Below are positions 60,050 through 64,000 of a stretch of 64,000 nucleotides of DNA, one piece after another (within the stretch, counting starts at the first letter, position 1; every line of letters starts with the position of its first letter). The stretch lies in assembly GCA_046052345.1 (NCBI GenBank), contig JBJOMN010000001.1, forward strand, positions 8,535 through 72,534, read 5' to 3'. Made by a program: the position numbers and the translations under genes. Below the pieces are notes generated by a model. The model did not search any database. It was not told the DNA's origin and saw only the letters and a list, made by a program, of their open reading frames with translations. Source of the stretch: Bacteroidota bacterium (lineage in GTDB: Bacteria; Bacteroidota; Bacteroidia; AKYH767-A; 2013-40CM-41-45).

Positions 60050-60919
60050 ATGAAAAGCGACTCGCCCCCGAAGGTGAAATTGGTGGAATGCCCGCGCGAT
60101 GCCATGCAGGGATGGCCGGAGTTCATTCCTACGCAGTTGAAGATACGCTACCTGAACAGCCTGTTGAGGGTCGGGTTCGACACCCTCGACTTCGGCAGTT
60201 TCGTATCCCCCAAAGCGATACCCCAACTCAGTGACACGGCGCAAGTGCTGGAAGGACTCGAGCTTGAAGGCGTGGACACGGGTCTTTTGGCCATCGTTGC
60301 GAATGTGCGAGGTGCTTCCGAGGCCGCAGCTTTCCCGCAAATCCGTTACATCGGATTTCCTTTTTCCGTCTCCGAAGAATTCCAGAAGCGCAACACGAAT
60401 TCAACGCAAGAGGAATCGCTGCAGCGGGTGGAAGAGATCCTTGCCCTTTGTCAAAGGCATGGCAAGGAGGCAGTACTGTATCTGTCCATGGGATTTGGAA
60501 ATCCTTACGGCGATCCCTGGTCGCCTGAAATAGTGACCGGCTGGGCCGTACGTCTCGCCGGTATGGGCGCCGGTATACTGGCGCTCGCGGATACGGTAGG
60601 CGTAAGTACGCCGGAGAACATCCGTTTGTTATTTTCCACCCTTATTCCGGAACTGCCGGCGGTTGAAATAGGAGCGCACCTGCATTCCCGGCCATCCTCC
60701 TGGAAGGAGAAGGCGGAGGCGGCTTACGGCTCAGGCTGCCGGCGTTTTGACAGCGCTTTTCGCGGCATTGGAGGCTGTCCGATGGCAGCCGATGAGCTCG
60801 TCGGCAATCTCGCCACCGAGGAACTGATCGGCTTTTTTGGCGGGTCTTCGTCGTTAGGTCTGGATCCTGCCGCCGTTTCGGATTCCTTGCTGTTGTCCGG
60901 TCAGGTATTCCACGGATGA
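60050..60919 (+). CDS. Hydroxymethylglutaryl-CoA lyase
   Basis: ECPRDAMQ, SFVSPKAIPQL, LADTVG, GAHLH, GIGGCPMA, GNLATE. Confidence 0.92.
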   Translation: MKSDSPPKVKLVECPRDAMQGWPEFIPTQLKIRYLNSLLRVGFDTLDFGSFVSPKAIPQLSDTAQVLEGLELEGVDTGLLAIVANVRGASEAAAFPQIRYIGFPFSVSEEFQKRNTNSTQEESLQRVEEILALCQRHGKEAVLYLSMGFGNPYGDPWSPEIVTGWAVRLAGMGAGILALADTVGVSTPENIRLLFSTLIPELPAVEIGAHLHSRPSSWKEKAEAAYGSGCRRFDSAFRGIGGCPMAADELVGNLATEELIGFFGGSSSLGLDPAAVSDSLLLSGQVFHG

Positions 60920-60991
60920 TTTCGTCTCTTTTTCAACAGGATGATTCGATAAAGCCCCTGTCAGGCGCGGTTTTTGAAGGTCAATCAACGT

Positions 60992-60999
60992 TATTTTTG
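60992..60999 (+). promoter_or_regulatory. Bacteroidota -7 element for the helical-stalk protein
   Basis: TATTTTTG-CAGGACC-ATG. Confidence 0.55.
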
Positions 61000-61006
61000 C
61001 AGGACC

Positions 61007-63070
61007 ATGAAACGAACGTTTTCCGTTGACCGCAAAAGGACCGATATCCTTTCGCTTCTCCTTGTTCTCCTAGTGCTGGCCTCACAGCACGTTGCTTCCG
61101 CCCAGGTTGGATATGTCCGTGTGAAAGGGAAAGCAAGGAGCAGCAATGCTCCGCTCAACGGTGTCACCATCAATGTTTCATCGGCCGGAGGCCAGACCCA
61201 GATCATCCTGACCCAGGAAAACGGCACGTATGATTTCAATCTTGCACTGCAGAAGAATTTCACGCTTTCTTTTGTAAAGCCGGGAATGGTGACGAAAGTG
61301 ATTGAATTCAATACGACGGTTCCCGGCGACCAGACGGATATCATCTTCGAGAAGATCTTCGACATGGATCTGTTCACCGACCAAGGGGGCATCTCCCAGA
61401 ATAATTCCATGAATAAACCGGTCGCCCGTTTCGCTTACGATCCGAACGTGGAGGATTTTGAATTTGACGCGAACTATTCCAAACAGGTCAAAGCCGAGCA
61501 ACTGGAAGCCAGAAGAGCGATTGAAGAGCAGGAGAAACTCAGGGAGAAATCGCGACTTGATTCATTGAACAGACTGTGGACGGATTCGCTTGCCAAATCA
61601 AAAGACTGGGAGGCCAAATTGGCTGTGATTCGTGCCGAGCAGGAAAAGGCGCGCAGGGATTCATTGGCCAAGGCTCAGGAGCAAGCAAAGCTTCAGGCCG
61701 CCGCTGCTGCACGTGAAAAAGCCCGGCAGGACTCCCTGGCCAAGGCCCAGGCGGAGGCCTTGCGTCAGCAGGAAATCGCCGAGCAACGCGAAAAGAACCG
61801 GCGGGATTCACTGGCAAGAGCGGAGCGTGAACGTGTGCGTCTGGACTCCCTTGCCGCAGTAAAGGCTGCCGCGGAGGCTGCTGCAAAAGCCGCGGAAACG
61901 GCCCGACTGCAGCAAAAGGCCCGTCAGGATTCGATTCAGGCCGCAGCCAAGGCAGAACAGGATCGAAAGTTACAGGAGGCTGCGGAGAAGCAACGTCTTG
62001 CATTGTTGGAGAAACAACGACAGGATTCGTTATCGAAAGCGGAGGCCGCCTTCAAGATCCGTCAGAAGCAGATAGCTGATTCGACTGAAAAAGCGAATGC
62101 AGCTTTGGCGCGTCAGCAGGCGGAGGAGCAGAAAAAGCAGGAAGAGCTGGCCAAGGCACGTGAAAAAGCCCGACAGGATTCGCTTGCAAATGCAGCCCTC
62201 TTGCAGAAGCAGCGGGAACAGGAGGAAAAGCTGCGTGCACAGGCCGCAGTGGATTCCTCGCGGAAGGCGCAGGCGGATCTGGCCGCCCGTCAAGCGGAGG
62301 AGAAGAAACAGCAGGAGGCAGCCGCCAGGGCCCGTGAAAAGGCTCAACAGGATTCCCTGCTTGCCGCCAACGAACGGGCTGCCCGGGAAAAAGCGCAAGC
62401 AGACGCGGCGGAGAAGGCACGATTGGAGAAGCTGGCCGCTGAAGCGGCAGCCGCCAAGGCGCTCCTTGCTGAGACAAACAGACAGGCCGAGCAGAACAGA
62501 AAGGATTCTCTCGCCGCTGCTGAAAGACAACGGCTTGCCATGATTGCAGAAAAGAATCGCAAGGATTCCGTCGATAAGGCGGAGGCTGCAGCCAAAGCGC
62601 AGGCGGATGCGGATGAAAAAGCCAGACAGGAGGAGCTTAGAAAGCAGCGGTTGGCTCAGGAAAAAGCTACGCAGGATTCCTTGACTCAACTGGCTAAGGA
62701 GGCGGCAGAGAAGGAGGAAGCAGAACGTCAGGCACGGGCTTATGCAGAGATACAGGCCAGAAAGGAAATGCAGGCGAAATCCGCGCAGGTCAAAACGGAG
62801 ACAAAAGCCGCCCCTGCTGCCGGAAAGGCCAGTGCTGCCGCGCCCAAGATAAAGGACTCCGATTATCAGGAAGGGATCACCGAGGAGACCATCACAGAAA
62901 GCAACCGTTCGATCAAACGTGTTGTCATCAAAGTGGACGGCAAGGCTGACGATTATCAAAAAGTGGTGTATAACTGGGGCGGAATTTTCTATTTCAAGAA
63001 CGAGATGTCCATCACCCAGACCACCTTCGAACAGGATATCAAAAATGCCCGTGCCACACTCAAGAAGTGA
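61007..63070 (+). CDS. Exported protein: beta-sandwich N-domain, very long A/E/K/Q/R helical stalk with repeated D-S-X motifs, small C-terminal domain
   Basis: Signal peptide ending ASA|Q; carboxypeptidase-regulatory-like N-domain (VKG....PL.GV.I....T..NG.Y......F.L.F.K.G); ~400 aa stalk without Pro or Gly; C-domain EGITEE...YNWGGIFYFKN. Confidence 0.8.
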   Translation: MKRTFSVDRKRTDILSLLLVLLVLASQHVASAQVGYVRVKGKARSSNAPLNGVTINVSSAGGQTQIILTQENGTYDFNLALQKNFTLSFVKPGMVTKVIEFNTTVPGDQTDIIFEKIFDMDLFTDQGGISQNNSMNKPVARFAYDPNVEDFEFDANYSKQVKAEQLEARRAIEEQEKLREKSRLDSLNRLWTDSLAKSKDWEAKLAVIRAEQEKARRDSLAKAQEQAKLQAAAAAREKARQDSLAKAQAEALRQQEIAEQREKNRRDSLARAERERVRLDSLAAVKAAAEAAAKAAETARLQQKARQDSIQAAAKAEQDRKLQEAAEKQRLALLEKQRQDSLSKAEAAFKIRQKQIADSTEKANAALARQQAEEQKKQEELAKAREKARQDSLANAALLQKQREQEEKLRAQAAVDSSRKAQADLAARQAEEKKQQEAAARAREKAQQDSLLAANERAAREKAQADAAEKARLEKLAAEAAAAKALLAETNRQAEQNRKDSLAAAERQRLAMIAEKNRKDSVDKAEAAAKAQADADEKARQEELRKQRLAQEKATQDSLTQLAKEAAEKEEAERQARAYAEIQARKEMQAKSAQVKTETKAAPAAGKASAAAPKIKDSDYQEGITEETITESNRSIKRVVIKVDGKADDYQKVVYNWGGIFYFKNEMSITQTTFEQDIKNARATLKK
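61559..62683 (+). repeat. Imperfect protein repeat (REKARQ-DSL-A), 15 D-S-X units
   Basis: Recurrent CAGGA(T/C)TC-type codon strings; includes an internal 58-aa-period duplication (DSTEKANAALARQQAEEQKKQEE..AREKARQDSL vs DSSRKAQADLAARQAEEKKQQE..AREKAQQDSL). Confidence 0.8.
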
Positions 63071-63145
63071 AGTGTCGGAACCGACGACCATGCTCCTGAG
63101 GTTTGCCTGTTTTGCTAACTTCGCTTGCGCATTTTTGGAGCAATC

Positions 63146-63925
63146 ATGACGAACAGACAACGCCCCGTCATTCTGGTCACTAACGATGACGGGATTACCG
63201 CACCGGGCCTTCATGCCCTTGTGGATGCAGTAAAAGACCTTGGTGACATTCTGGTAGTCGCCCCGGACAGTCCGCAGTCCGGCATGGGTCATGCCATTAC
63301 GCTCAACCGTCCGCTGCGGCTGGACAAGGTCGATGTGCACGGCGAGCATGACTGGTACCAGTGCAGCGGCACACCGGTCGACTGTGTCAAATTGGCGATC
63401 GACAAGCTCCTGCACTTCAAACCGGATCTTTGCCTGTCAGGAGTCAACCATGGCAGCAATTCTTCCATCAATGTCATTTATTCCGGCACCATGTCGGCCG
63501 CCATGGAAGGTGCCATCGAGGGTATTCCCTCGGCAGGTTTCTCACTGCTGAATTATTCACTCGATGCCGATTTTACGGCTGCGAAGGCGGTCGCACGGAA
63601 AGTGGCGCAGAACATCATTGCCAACGGATTGCCGACCGGCTCCTTGTTGAATGTCAACATTCCTTACCTCCCGCTGGACGGGCTCAAAGGAATGAGGATC
63701 TGCCGTCAGGCCGCTGCCAAATGGCAGGAGGAATTCGACGAGCGTGTCGATCCGAACCGCCGCAAGTACTACTGGCTGACCGGAAAGTTCGTCAATCAGG
63801 ACAAAGGCGAGGATACGGACGAACACGCCCTGGCGAACGGCTATGTATCGATTGTTCCGGTATCATTTGATTTCACGGCGCATCATGCCATTCCTTTCCT
63901 TAACGAGCAAGGCTATGAGCTTTAA
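63146..63925 (+). CDS. surE: 5'/3'-nucleotidase SurE
   Basis: ILVTNDDGI.APG, VVAP...QSG, GTPVDCV, SGVNHGSN, YSGTMSAAMEG, LNVNIP. Start moved to MTNRQR. Confidence 0.96.
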   Translation: MTNRQRPVILVTNDDGITAPGLHALVDAVKDLGDILVVAPDSPQSGMGHAITLNRPLRLDKVDVHGEHDWYQCSGTPVDCVKLAIDKLLHFKPDLCLSGVNHGSNSSINVIYSGTMSAAMEGAIEGIPSAGFSLLNYSLDADFTAAKAVARKVAQNIIANGLPTGSLLNVNIPYLPLDGLKGMRICRQAAAKWQEEFDERVDPNRRKYYWLTGKFVNQDKGEDTDEHALANGYVSIVPVSFDFTAHHAIPFLNEQGYEL

Positions 63926-64000
63926 GGACGTGGTCGGCGAAGACCGTCTTCTCAAAGGAGTCGCCGTCGGATTGGTGGCCGTTCCGTTGGTCTATTGGGT
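63915..64000 (+). CDS. Partial CDS running off the window, probably a membrane protein
   Basis: ATG overlapping the surE 3' end; open frame MSFKDVVGEDRLLKGVAVGLVAVPLVYW... with a hydrophobic segment. Confidence 0.5.
   Translation, partial: MSFKDVVGEDRLLKGVAVGLVAVPLVYW

Noticed and set aside
60974-63070. Calling the stalk protein TolA, or its repeats a CRISPR/DNA repeat array
   Set aside because: No tolQ/R/B context or TM anchor; the repeats are conserved at protein level with synonymous variation and irregular spacing.
62030-63415. 461-aa Leu/Cys/Phe-rich antisense ORF
   Set aside because: Mirror of the low-complexity A/E/K/Q stalk codons; also overlaps surE.

Overview
This is a gene-dense, mostly core-genome segment of a Bacteroidota chromosome. 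The phylum call rests on TAnnTTTG -7 promoters, no evident Shine-Dalgarno sites, five T9SS C-terminal-domain cargo proteins, Gln at +1 after signal peptides and D-(S/T)-hydrophobic sequons in exported proteins. It holds 53 complete CDSs, one partial CDS and one tRNA-Lys(UUU). Genes include miaE, gcvT, purA, relA/spoT, hmgA, glyA, guaB, a PPIase/SurA-MoxR cluster, mutS2, nfo, dnaA, ribD, prmC, ligA, dapA, ribH and surE. I found no integrase, transposase, prophage, CRISPR array or defence island, so I cannot support a new multi-gene accessory system. The most unusual object is an exported ~690-aa protein (61007-63070). Its ~400-aa A/E/K/Q/R helical stalk carries 14-15 regularly spaced D-S-X motifs matching the Bacteroidota O-glycosylation sequon, making it a candidate glycosylated molecular rod. 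Other leads are a ceramide-synthase-like GNAT behind dnaA, an Smr-less MutS2, a T9SS-secreted multicopper oxidase, a relA-fur-STAS-purA operon, a split Tat/lipoprotein 5'-nucleotidase, several probably leaderless genes and heptamer repeat arrays. All calls come from motif recognition by eye and no searches were run. Several start codons were moved downstream of the ORF-track starts.
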